Source: Squalus acanthias
Lineage: Eukaryota
NCBI GenBank assembly: GCA_030390025.1
Contig: CM059439.1
Coordinates: 62,310,001-62,374,000, forward strand
Length of the DNA: 64,000 bases
Direction: 5' to 3'
Part shown: positions 39,061 to 50,186 of the stretch, piece after piece
Layout of the letters: each line of letters starts with the position of its first letter
How positions within the stretch are numbered: the stretch's first letter is position 1
Position numbers and translations under genes: made by a program
The notes under the pieces: generated by a model
Told to the model about the DNA's origin: nothing
Seen by the model: only the letters and a program-made list of their open reading frames with translations
The model's database searches: none

Positions 39061-39190
39061 GTTGTTTTTTGTGGAACAAAAGGAAATCGAAAGCAGAGGA
39101 AAACAAGGCAAAAAAGTTACTTTTGTGACCATTTGGAAACCATGGCATCCCATTGGCTCAGAGGTCAACAATGGTGACAACAAAGATTAG
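39061..39190 (+). CDS. ovoA: OvoA probable terminal coding exon
   Basis: ttctcattAG acceptor, phase 2 matches the previous exon. Translates (Q)LFFVEQKEIESRGKQGKKVTFVTIWKPWHPIGSEVNNGDNKD*; VTIWK resembles the terminal beta strand of OvoA. ATTAAA at 39239-39244. Confidence 0.65.
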
Positions 39191-39862
39191 TGAGTGTGTC
39201 TTCACAGCAACCAGAGAAAAAGTTGTTCATTTTCCAATATTAAATGTTTAGGACCAAGTCAATGAGAAGTGATTGGTGCTTTTATTGTATTCCTCTATTG
39301 CTGCGAGTGTATTCCAGTACTAGTCTTCTTCTTAGGCAGTCCCTCGGAACCGAGGATGACTTGCTTGTAGCTTGTGTTGACTGAGCTTTGTTTATTAACC
39401 TTGCACAAAGGTCTTGTGATTAAACAGATTCTCTGACCTTGCTGAGTGTGTCCTTCTTTAATTGACATTCATTATATCGCTCTTGGTAGGTGGTATATTC
39501 CCCGGGTCCCTGAACTACCCTACAACTTCAGCCAAGAGGGTGACTGAGCAAACTTGCCTCAGACCTTCACCAATGCTGCTTTCGAGATAGCCACCCGAAG
39601 TTATATAAATGGGACCTGCAGATGACTCTCTCCCCTATTTTCAGTGACCAGCTGCAAGTAACAAATTCCAGTCAGCTAATCATTGGGTGAGCTTCCTTTA
39701 TAATATAAAAAATGTTGAATTCAATCGAAATATCTGCATCACTGACACAACCCCTGTTTGGAATTTTCCGCACTGATTCTTTTCAACATTTCATTGACTA
39801 GTGTACTTTGGTAAACATACAATGACGATACATGTGTTTTGATCTATGAAATTAAACCTATG

Positions 39863-40630
39863 GGGGTAAAAATTGAGTCGCGCCCCATTTGGGGCGCTAA
39901 CCTCGCCGGGGCGCGACTTTTAGCGCCCCGAAAAAATTAGCGGCCCCGCGCCGGAACTTCAGTGGTTGCGCCCCAAGAGGGAAGCGGGGCGCCACTGGAA
40001 GCACCCCGCATCCCTCTTGGGGCGCTGCGAGTGAATATCCTGGCGCTACGTGCCGCAGCGCCACGCGCTGCGGCACGTCGCGCCGCGGTATTGCAGGCCT
40101 TCCTCCCCTTCTTAAAGGGGAGGGACCCTGCGCAGCGCGAACCGGGGCCCAGCTGGGCCCCCAGGGATCGGGAGTGCCGGCAAAAGAGCCCGGCACTCAA
40201 GAGAAGTGCCGGGCTCTTGGAGCGCAGCCGGCACTTCACGGTGGGGGGGCTTCACGGGGGCCGGGGACAGCAACGGGGGCAGGTGCTGGCAGGCGGCCAG
40301 CAACAAAAATGGCCGCCTGCCACCTCCCCTTTAAATATCGCCGCCCCGGCCGCACGTACGCCTCCCTGAACCCGTCGGACATAGCGTCTGGCGGTAAATC
40401 AGGGGGCGCGACTGAAGATCACGGCCGGGGTGCTGCGCATGGCGATGACGTCATCGCCAGCGGCGCAGCGCCACAGGGCGCTACCGGCTGCCGCCGCCGC
40501 TGCCGCTAACCTCCCACTAAATTTTTCAGGAGGCGTGGGCGGCGCTGCGCCCGGGCGTTAGCTGCTTTACGCCCCATTAGCGCCCTCTTAAGGCGCTAAC
40601 GGGAGGCGCAAGCAGCTGAATTTTTCCCCC
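39863..40630. mobile_element. GC-rich Harbinger-like MITE family B between the two gene ends
   Basis: TIRs GGGGTAAAAATT / AATTTTTCCCCC; TSD ATG. Confidence 0.82.
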
Positions 40631-42049
40631 ATGGAGTTAAAAGCAATACCAATGTATAACATTTCTGCCGATTAAAGAATATTCACGTATGCTCATCAGT
40701 TATGGTATTCTAGTAATACAAGTGACACTGGTCTCTCGTCACACTTGATTTACTTTAAAACTGTTGGCTCAATAGTTAGTTATTTACAAATCCTGCTTTA
40801 AGCTGTTTATGTGCGTTGCAAATCTGAAACAGAATCACAGCAAATTATCAAGTTAAAAGCATGTAGAAGGATTTATTTCAATGAGGTTTTACAGCAATCA
40901 TTCTCACCACTTGACCCTAGAGTTAGATGGAGATATGAAGCATGAAATTTGCAGTTCTTAACTCTTAATACCAAAACAGAAAATGCTGGAGACAAGCAAT
41001 TGTCAGCATGTGAAAAGAGAAAAAATGTTAGCATCGTGGGTGGAGATGCTTCGAAACGACTGGAAAAGGAAGAAAAAGACTTGCATTTATATAGCATCTT
41101 TCACAACCAATGAAGTGCTGAAGAGAATAGCCCTCGGCAGGGACTGCAAATCTCCCAGTGACTTCAACTGGCCATTAAGATGAATATGTGCAACAGGTGA
41201 GAACTTTAACCAGCAGGCACTGTCATCCTGACTTGAGTATAATCTCTCTGGGTCTAAAAGTATGAAATGAACTGGAGCTCAAAGTAAAAATCTCAGTTCT
41301 TGATGCTGGATTTAAAGCCAGCTAAAAATGAGTGGATCTGCATCAGACTGGTGTAACCAGCCCTCTACATACCTTCCATTTTGGACCCCAAGCAATAGCA
41401 GTAAATGTATTGAGACTCAGACTGTTTTAACCTGACCCGGAGAGGCAATGTTACAGCGGCGAATGCACATCCAGATTCAGCGACGGGTGACTGAAATCGC
41501 ACTCCGTCTGGATCATAGTAAAGACAAGTTGCATTGTGTAATCAGATACAACAGTCACACTTAGTAACAAATGTCACAAGTTAAAGAGGATAATTGTTGA
41601 GAAAAAACCTTTTGCATTTCTATAACCATCATATGCACAAATGAGAAGTCGCACAACACCAGGTTATAGTCCAACAGTTTGAATCGACACATCATATACA
41701 CAGACTAGAAGTAGTATGTTAGGACTATTGCACATATTCTTGTTGAAAACTAAAGCGGTTATATTGTGAAGCACTGACTGACTTGTGCGGAGTAATTAGA
41801 GTGGTAACCAATCTAAACAGTCACCTAATCACAACTGGTTCATCTTACGGTCTCCCCGGTTTCCAATTATAATGGTGTCCTTTACTATGGATTTTGGTCT
41901 GAAGTTTCTTAGGAAAAAAAGCAACTTGCAACTCCACCCCCACGATTCACCATCTTCAGTAGAGTGGTAAGGGGAGAAGTAACAAACAAATTCTTGCACT
42001 ACTTTTCTAACAAGCTATTGCAACAAAACGTTAAACAGCCATTTTCCAG

Positions 42050-43637
42050 GTTACTGCTTTAATTTTTTGAAACATAGTTTACCAATTGCAAATTTTATAC
42101 AAATACGAACCGTAGAAATCTGGTTTACAATATATCCCGACCAAAATAAACAAACACAACCAAATCCCCCCCACACATCAAATAAATTACAAGTATGCAA
42201 ATATACAGGGAAACTAGGTAACAAGTTTGATAAATTCCCAGCACATTTCACAGAAAAATATTTAAAGAGGTTCAAAAATGAAAAAAAGTAAACATATTTT
42301 AATGCATCTTATTCTGTTATAAAACCTTTGGCTATTTTTAAGGAAATCAGTCTTTCAGTTACTCAAAAGGCAGAGATTTTTTGATTTGATCTGTACTGCA
42401 TTTTACACTATACTAAATCTCAGCATTTTCTTTTTTACATTACCCCCTTCCCTTCCCCGCACCCCCATGTCTCCTGAAGGTACTGAGGTATGGTACCACT
42501 GGCACCAAGAACCTTCTAGCACCCCACCATTCTTCACATGTGAGCCTAATCGTGGAGGCCATTACAGCCAGCACCGACTCTGCCCTCACATGTCATCCCC
42601 ACTTGCAGCTTCCAACAGCCGTGACTCAACAGCAATCAGGTGGGTGAAATCTAGTTGATTTTCTACCCCCTCCCACAGCACAGGGACACAGAGGCCAATT
42701 ATAGCATGCCCAGTTCAGTTGTGGGACCTTCCAATCTCTGTGGGCTCGATACCGTATCAGGTCAACCAGCAGGAGAGCTACATTTAAATTTAAAAAAATT
42801 TGTAAAATGAAAAATTTAGACTGTAGCAATATACCTACAAGAAAAAAAAATGTAGAACTTTGAAAAGGAACAACAAAATTAAGTAGAGGCCAGATACTAC
42901 AGTAAATACAGGAGGGAGCGAGCAGCCACTTAAAAAGGAACAAGCTGCGCTGAGCATCCACTTAAAAGGTACAGGCTCTGCTGAAGTCGGACACTGTATG
43001 GCAAACACAGGAGGGAGCGAGCATCCACTTGAACATATTCCCCAATTTTATAAATACATTCTCTTCTCGTATAAACATATATGCAAATAAGGCTTTACTG
43101 TACAGAAAAGGCAAACTGCATCAGCATGAAAATATTTCCTATTTCCATCTCATATGTACATAACCCAAGTTTATCCAGGAAATAAATCCGTAAATAAATA
43201 CCTATTTTTTAATCCCCCTGTAGTTTATGTCTAGTTTTGGAGAGTTTCAACAAATTGAGCTCTCTGTAAAATGTTAAATTGTGGCGCACGCGCAGGTAAG
43301 TTTATTTACAAAACTGTATAAATATAGCTTTGAAGAGGCTATGCTTACAAGTGCGGCATCGCAATTATATACAAACTTGTAAAGAATTTGAGTTTAGCTC
43401 TTACAGTCAATATTTTTTTTCTAAGAATGTGTACTGTGTATCATCAGTGCAAAAAAAAGTCCAATTATTTGTTTTATATAAAGTATAAAACGTTTTGCTA
43501 ATATAAAAATACACATCTTTTGGATGTTAGAAATTTTTCATCTGGTGACTGCTCATCCAGTCCTGATCGTCATAGCTGCTGCACCATTCACGGTGGGGAA
43601 CCTGCAGGTCAAGTGGATATGAGTGGCACAGCAAGTC
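42050..43637 (-). promoter_or_regulatory. LRP8 3' UTR (distal end uncertain) with polyA signal and Pumilio-type elements
   Basis: AT-rich, largely repeat-free sequence after the stop. Minus-strand AATAAA at 43301-43306 overlaps TGTAAATA; TGTACATA near 43153-43160. Confidence 0.55.
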
Positions 43638-43676
43638 TCAGGGTAATCCATCGTCCTCCATACTGAGTGCAACACG
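43638..43676 (-). CDS. LRP8: LRP8 terminal coding exon
   Basis: Pyrimidine-rich acceptor then RVALSMEDDGLP*, matching the LRP8 C-terminus RVALSLEDDGLP. Confidence 0.95.
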   Translation of the reverse strand, partial: RVALSMEDDGLP

Positions 43677-44789
43677 CTGTCGATGAAAGAAAAGAGTCAT
43701 TTCTTTTTAAAGGCAATTAAAGAGGAAATTCAAATCATACTTAAAAAAGGAGGGGGAGTTGATGTTTAGCCCACCTGTTCAGAGAATGGACCAGCAACAT
43801 TAGTGGACACACCTAATTTTGTTCCAGTGCAAAACAAACTCTACAGCAAAGTTATATGAAGTCCCTCATCCCTGGTACCATTCCAGTGAATCCTCTGAGG
43901 CCTTGACATCCTTCCTAAAGTGTGGCGCCCAGAATTGAACACAATCCAGCTGAGGCCTAACCCGTGTTCTATAAATATCAGAGAAACAAATGAACGGTTC
44001 TCACTTTACTGTAGGTTAAATTAAATTGTCTCAGACCTAAAGCATCCAGTATGTCTGCTACATGATGAACCATGCTGAGTTTGGAATTGAACTTATTGTA
44101 AAAACCAATCAGACGTTAGCAACTTTCATCTTGCTGTGCAAGTCATGCAGACTGCATGTTTTAAATTCCCAAGGAGCATAATATCGTAAGATCGGCTCTT
44201 TCACCTACATTACTCCCAGCAAAAAGAAGCGCGCGAGCAACTTCAGAGAATCAACACTACTTTTTGCTACTCTCATTGATTAATCATTGAAGTTTACGGC
44301 CCAGAAGGAGTCAATTCAGCCCATCATGACTGTGCTGGAAAAAAAAGAGCTATCCACGTTCCAGCTCTTGTGCACATCCAAGCACTTTTTAAATGGTAGT
44401 TCAAACTTTTTGGGGCAGATTTTCTACTTCGTGCTTGGGTGTTAAATAAACACCTGGACAGAGCACACAAAGGAAACTCAGGTGGGGAGAATCGCACACC
44501 TGTAACAGAGCTCGCACGATATTCAGTTAGAAAGATCGCACAGACCAGTTTAAGGCAGGGCAATCCTTCCCACCCAATTTTCCTCTGGGTGTTCTGTCCA
44601 GCTTATCATTTAACGTCCAAGCACACAAGAGGAAAATCTGCCCCTTATTGTTTTAACCTTTACTTGTGAAGTGGCACTGCAAGTATTAAAAAACAGATTT
44701 AAAAAAAATAAACATTCCTCCCACAGCCAGTTACTTCTGTGGAAGTGAGTCAGGCAACCAGAAATAAAGCCAGGTGGACTCTGCACTAC

Positions 44790-45140
44790 ACTCAGTTGGT
44801 AGCACTGTCGTCTCAGAGTCACAAGGTCGTGAGTTCAAGCCCCACTTCAGGACTTGAGCACATGATGTGAGGAAAAACTTTTTTTACGCAGCGAGTGGTG
44901 ATGACCTGGAACCCGCTGCCGACGAAAGTGGTGGAAGCGGAGACACAATGTGTTCAAGGGGAGACTGGATAGGCACCTGAGGGAAATAAACTTGCAGGGC
45001 TACGGGGACAGAGTGGGGGAATGGGACTGATTGGATTGCTCTACAGAGAGCCGGCACTGACTCGATGGGCCGAATGGCCTCCTTCTGTGCTGTTAATACT
45101 ATGATCTAGGCTGACGATTCAGTGCTGTACTATTGGAGGT
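44790..45140 (+). mobile_element. SINE head interrupted by a CR1 3' tail
   Basis: ctcagttggtagcact...gagttcaagccc...cttgagcacatgat, then CR1 tail 44865-45105, then ctaggctgac resumes. Confidence 0.7.
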
Positions 45141-45899
45141 ACAATAAAAATGAAAATTTCAGAACAGAAAAGTGTCTAATAAAAACACTGAACAAAAAGG
45201 TACTGTAAATATTGCACAGAAAAACATATGAAAATAATTTAAGAGCTCCTTCACGCATGGAGCTTCTTGTGATCCCAATCCAAATGGGTGCACAAGGACA
45301 AAAGAGCAAACCCGACACAAACAGAATTGTACTAGATGATTGTTTGAACATCTTTGCATCAGATCTGGGGCCTTGAGATTAGCACACAGTCAGTGCAACT
45401 ACCTTTCTCACTCAAACAAGAATAATGCTAAACTGCAGGCCCAAAGGATGTTGGAGTAGAGCCTGCTCACCTCATTTAGTGCTCCCTCTGTTCCAGCTGT
45501 GCACCTGCTCTCGACTGAATCGGCCGTCTTGATCTGAATAATGTGGAAGACATGGTGCAGCCTTCCCTTATGGGAGAGTGTCATGAGCACGAGACCAATT
45601 TGGCAAGTAGCTTTTGAGGACAAATTTTCAAACACTTACAAGTGTCAGCAATCGTAAATAGAGGACTAGATGCTGCACAGTAATTCTAGCTTTTGGCAGA
45701 TTTTGACGCAGGTATACTGACCCAATCATGGAAGCCCGCAGTTCGTCTTAATACAGACATGGGTCACAACCATGGCCCATCTGGGGCACGCTCTGTGCAG
45801 AGGGCAGAATTCTAAACTGTGGCTTCGCCTCTTATGTGCTAAAGCTGCTCTTGTTTTTCCCCACCTTCTTTATTTGCTAAATGTCTGTTTAGGCATTAC

Positions 45900-46417
45900 C
45901 AAAGAAAGGATATACTTGCTTTAGAGGGGGTGCAACGAAGGTTCACTAGATTGATTCCTGGGCTGAGAGGGCTGTCCTATGAGGAGAGACTGAGTAGAAT
46001 GGGCCTATACTCTCTGGAGTTTAGAAGAATGAGTGGTGATCTCATTGAAATGCATAAAATTCTTAGAGGGCTTGACAGGGTAGATGCTGAGAGGGTGTTT
46101 CCCCTGGCTGGAGAGTCTAGAACCAGGGGGGGCATAGTCTCAGGATAAGTGGTCGGCCATTTATGATTGAGATGAGGAGAAATTTCTTCACTCAGAGGGT
46201 TGTGGATCTTTGGATCCAGAGGGTTGTGGATGCTCAGTTGACAAGTATATTCAAGACTGAGATCGATAGATTTTTGGGCACCTAAGGGAATCAAGAGATA
46301 TAGGGGATAGGACGGGAAAGTGGAGTTGATGTAGAAGTTCATCCATGATCTTACTGAATGGCGGAGCAGGGTCGAGGGGCCATATGGCCTACTCCTGCTC
46401 CTATTTCTTATGTTCTT
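45900..46417 (+). mobile_element. CR1 3' fragment
   Basis: QRRFTRLIPGLRGLSYEERL; cctactcctgctcctatttcttatgttctt tail. Confidence 0.9.
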
Positions 46418-46949
46418 GTAGGCAGCACAGCATTGGTCGCTGATGTTACCATACAAATCAAAGAGCATAGCTTACTTTTGTATGTTTCTCCTGAAAAGGA
46501 CAGCTTTTTGTGTAAGTTAGCAACTAGCCTAACGGGTGGGTGAAAATCTGGCTAGCAGCTCAAATTTAAAGGAATGTGCCCAATTAGCAGTGGCTGTATG
46601 AGGAGGAAAATATCATTTTAGCCTTTATAAAAGTTCAAAATTGATTTTAAATATTTGTCGGCCTTTATTAAGAGAATTACAGGCTAAGAGAAGGGAAGCA
46701 AATTCCAAGTTAAACTGAAGCCAAAGGAAACCCAATGTGGAAACATGAAAGAGTGTGTGGGGCAGAGACCCTTGTTTGATGGCTGGAAAAGGCGACTTGC
46801 TGTTCCATGAGGTGGGTGGGAGGCGGTTTCCCTTATTTGGCACACCAGTGACCCCTCCCATGAGACAGCAGTGAACCAAGCTCAAAGTTCGACACTGTAC
46901 AATGATCTTTATTCTTGTGAATCCTGCTACAAGGGAAAGGTTAGGTCAA

Positions 46950-47935
46950 GATCATAGAATCATAGAATAGTACAGCACAGAAGGAGACCATTTGGCCCAT
47001 CGAGTTATTGCCAGCTCTTTCAAAGAGCAATCCAGTTAGTCTCATATCCCTGCAATTTTTTTCCTTCAAGTATTTATCCAATTCCCTTTTGAAAGTTACA
47101 ATTGAATCTGTTTCCACCTTCCAATCAGGCAGTGCATTCCAAATCCTAATCACTCATTGGGTAAAAAAGTTTTTCCTCATGTCGTCTCTGGTTCTTTTGC
47201 CAATCACCTTAAGCCTGTGCCCTCTGGTTATCGACCCTTCAGCCATTGGAAACAGTTTCTCCTTATTTACTCTATCAAAACTCTTCATGATTTTGAACAC
47301 ATCTATCAAATCTCCTCTTAACCTGCTCTGCTCTAAGGAGAACAACCTCAGCTTCTCCAGTCTCTCCACATAACTGAAGTCCCTCATCCTTGGTACCGTT
47401 CTCGTAAATCTCCTCTGTACCCTTTCCAAAGCCCTCACATCCCTCCTAAAGTGCGGTGCCCAGAATTGATCACAATACTCCAGCTGCGGCTGAACTAGTG
47501 TTTTATACAGGTTTAGCATAACTTCCTGGCTTTTGTACTCTATGCCTCTATTTATAAAGCCCAGGATCCCATTTGCTTTATTAACTGCTTTGTTAACCTG
47601 TGCTGCCACCTTCAAAGATTAGTGCGCAAGCACCCTCAGGTCTTTCTGTTCTTGCACCCCATTTAAAACTGTACCATTTAGCTTGTACGGTCTCTCCTCA
47701 TTCTTCCTACCGAAATGTATCACCTCACACTTTTCTGCAATGAATTTCATCTGCCATGTGCTGCCCATTCCACCAGCCTGTCTATGTCCTCTTGAAGTCT
47801 ATTACTGTCTTCCTCAGTGTTTACTACACTTCCAAGTTTCATGTCATCTGCAAATTTCAAATTTGTGCCTGTACCCACAAGACCAAGTCATTAACATATA
47901 TCAAAAAACAGCAGTGGTCCTAGTACTGAATGCCT
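46950..47935 (-). mobile_element. CR1 3' fragment
   Basis: KANGILGFINRGIEYKS...LEYCDQFWAPH; catagaatcatagaa tail. Confidence 0.9.
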
Positions 47936-48454
47936 CCTTTCCACAGGGAAAATGCAAATTTGGCTGTTGTTTGCTTGATACATCTGTAGGAAGCCTGTGG
48001 TGGCTTGGAGGATCCGGTGTTTAATGCAGTAGTAACCTTAATGTCCACAGGAAGGCTCGTCCTTGTGGAGTAAGCTGTTTGCAGCTCCCTTTGTGAAGTG
48101 AAAGCATCAATGGCAGGTCTCCTCTGACAAGCCGAGGAAAGAAAGTCTGGGCCAGCAAGTGCAGGTCCAGGGGTTAAGATGGACGTATCTCCTCGTACTG
48201 TCACACCTGCCTTCTCCCCTCAAGACCTGTTCTTTCTCCTGAAATCTAGAAACACCACTGGAACCTCCAAAAGAATTCCCACCCTGCCCACATTGGTTGC
48301 TGCGAGCAACTGGAAGCAAGATGGTTGTAAGAAACTGCGTTGAAAACAAGATATCAGTTCTAAACAGCAGCAAAATTTAATGCATTGATAAAAGTGCAGA
48401 TAAATCAATACAGTAATGAGAAAAACAAATTCAACTAATCCCACCACAATTTCA

Positions 48455-48813
48455 AGAGGCGTGCCGGGCTGAGCGATCGTGGCCGGCACCTCGAATGAAA
48501 AAGGGGAAGGGGGCAGGTGTTGGCAGGCGGCCAGAAAATAAAATGGCCACTCGACACCTGCCCCTTTAAATACCGCCACTGCGGCTGCACAAACGCCACC
48601 CTGACCCTGTCGGACATATCATCCGGCGATAAGTCAGGGGGCGCAGCCGAAGTTTGCGGCCGGGGTGCTGCGCACGGTGATGATGTCATCGCTGAAGGCG
48701 CAGCGCCGTGTGGTGCTACCGGCTAGCGCCGCGGCGAAATTCAGCAGGAGGCGTTAGCGGCGTTGCACCCGGGCGCTAGGGGATTTGCGCAAAGCAACCC
48801 AATTTTTCCCCCC
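48455..48813. mobile_element. Partial family-B MITE
   Basis: Homologous to the reverse complement of about 10075-10440; one TIR CCCAATTTTTCCCCC. Confidence 0.75.
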
Positions 48814-49077
48814 TGATCTTTAGAAGCCTATTTCTATAGGCCAGGCCATCGTGCAGTGTTGTGCCTGTTTCAAATAGGTGAGAATGCGACAAGAAAGCCG
48901 CACCATCCATCATGGGACACATTTAAGTGAAATCTGTACATACAGCAAAGTTTGCTCGGCTCCCCAGCATAGCCTCAACAAGCCTGTCATTTTCCTTTGC
49001 TGCAAAACACAGCACAGTTGATATCAAGAGTGCAGATTTCACATTTCATGCCAGACTCTGTACCGCCAACAGAGCCT

Positions 49078-49462
49078 CTCACCCTCAGCAAGACTGAACC
49101 AACAGACACTCACTCACCCTCAGCAAGACTGAACCAACAGAACCTCACTCACCCTCAGCAAGACTGAACCAACAGAACCTCACTCACCCTCAGCAAGACT
49201 GAACCAACAGAACCTCACTCACCCTCAGCAAGACTGAACCAACAGACCATCACTCACCCTCAGCAAGACTGAACCAACAGACCCTCACTCACCCTCAGCA
49301 AGACTGAACCAACAGACCCTCACTCACCTTCAGCAAGACTCTGAACCAACAGAACCTCACTCACCCTCAGCAAGACTGAACCAACAGACCCTCACTCACC
49401 CTCAGCAAGACTGAACTAACAGACCCTCACTCACCCTCAGCAAGACTCTGCACCAACAGAAC
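49078..49462. repeat. 35-bp minisatellite, about 11 units, in an LRP8 intron
   Basis: Unit ctcaccctcagcaagactgaaccaacagaacctca. Confidence 0.95.
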
Positions 49463-50013
49463 ATCGCAGCTTCTAAATCTACAGAAGTCACGCTCAGGTT
49501 TTAGACCACTGCGGCCAGAATACACTTAGAATATAGTCACCAAGCTACAAAATATATATTTGCATTGGAAAAGATCAAGAAAAGAGCAACTGGGCTGATC
49601 TATAATGTAAGGGGACGAGTTCTGAAGAACAATCAAAGAAGATGCAGTTTTACAACCTGAAAAGGCAATTAATGGAAATCTTAGCGAATGACAAAATATT
49701 AAATGACTCAGAGAAGGCAAATCCAGATCATTTCTTGAAAAGTGAGAAAAGCCACACAGACGCCGCTCAATGGCACTTCAACCACATTTCCATTTGAAAT
49801 CCGATTCTAAAAGTTTAAAGTGCCTGTGAACTGTTTAGTGTGTTAACATACTTGTAACTTACATTGGTAGCCCGCTCATTAGATCAAAAATATTACCAGC
49901 AAAAGACTGCTGGTTTGCAGAAGGACCCACTGTCTAATGTCAGGGCTCAGTGAGGTGACAAATCTATTTAGTGCTGTGCCCGACAGGTATTCAACAGGAG
50001 AGGAAACACTTAC

Positions 50014-50186
50014 TGCGGGATACACATGCCCAATCTGCCCATTTCTCCCAATGTGAGTCTCCTCCACTTCCTCTTCTTCTGTAGTTTTCCTATAGACCGG
50101 ATTATCAAAGTTCATACTCTTCGTGTTCTTCTTTCTCCAGTTCCTCCAGATCAGGAAGCCTCCCAGGCAGACTAAACCAATGATCA
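50014..50186 (-). CDS. LRP8: LRP8 exon, transmembrane and NPxY cytoplasmic tail
   Basis: AG/GT bounded, 173 nt. Translates [58 protein letters not shown]. Confidence 0.97.

Noticed and set aside
39863-40630. CpG-island promoter or GC-rich coding ORFs (also 10075-10711 and 30138-30818)
   Set aside because: Bounded by TIRs and present as several copies in the window; the ORFs are by-products of high GC.
47920-48204. Homologue of the mammalian LRP8 proline-rich insert exon
   Set aside because: Only a trivial resemblance (AIDAF versus AISSF) and no convincing phase-0 splice site pair found.
49078-49462. CRISPR-like array
   Set aside because: Contiguous 35-bp tandem units without spacers.
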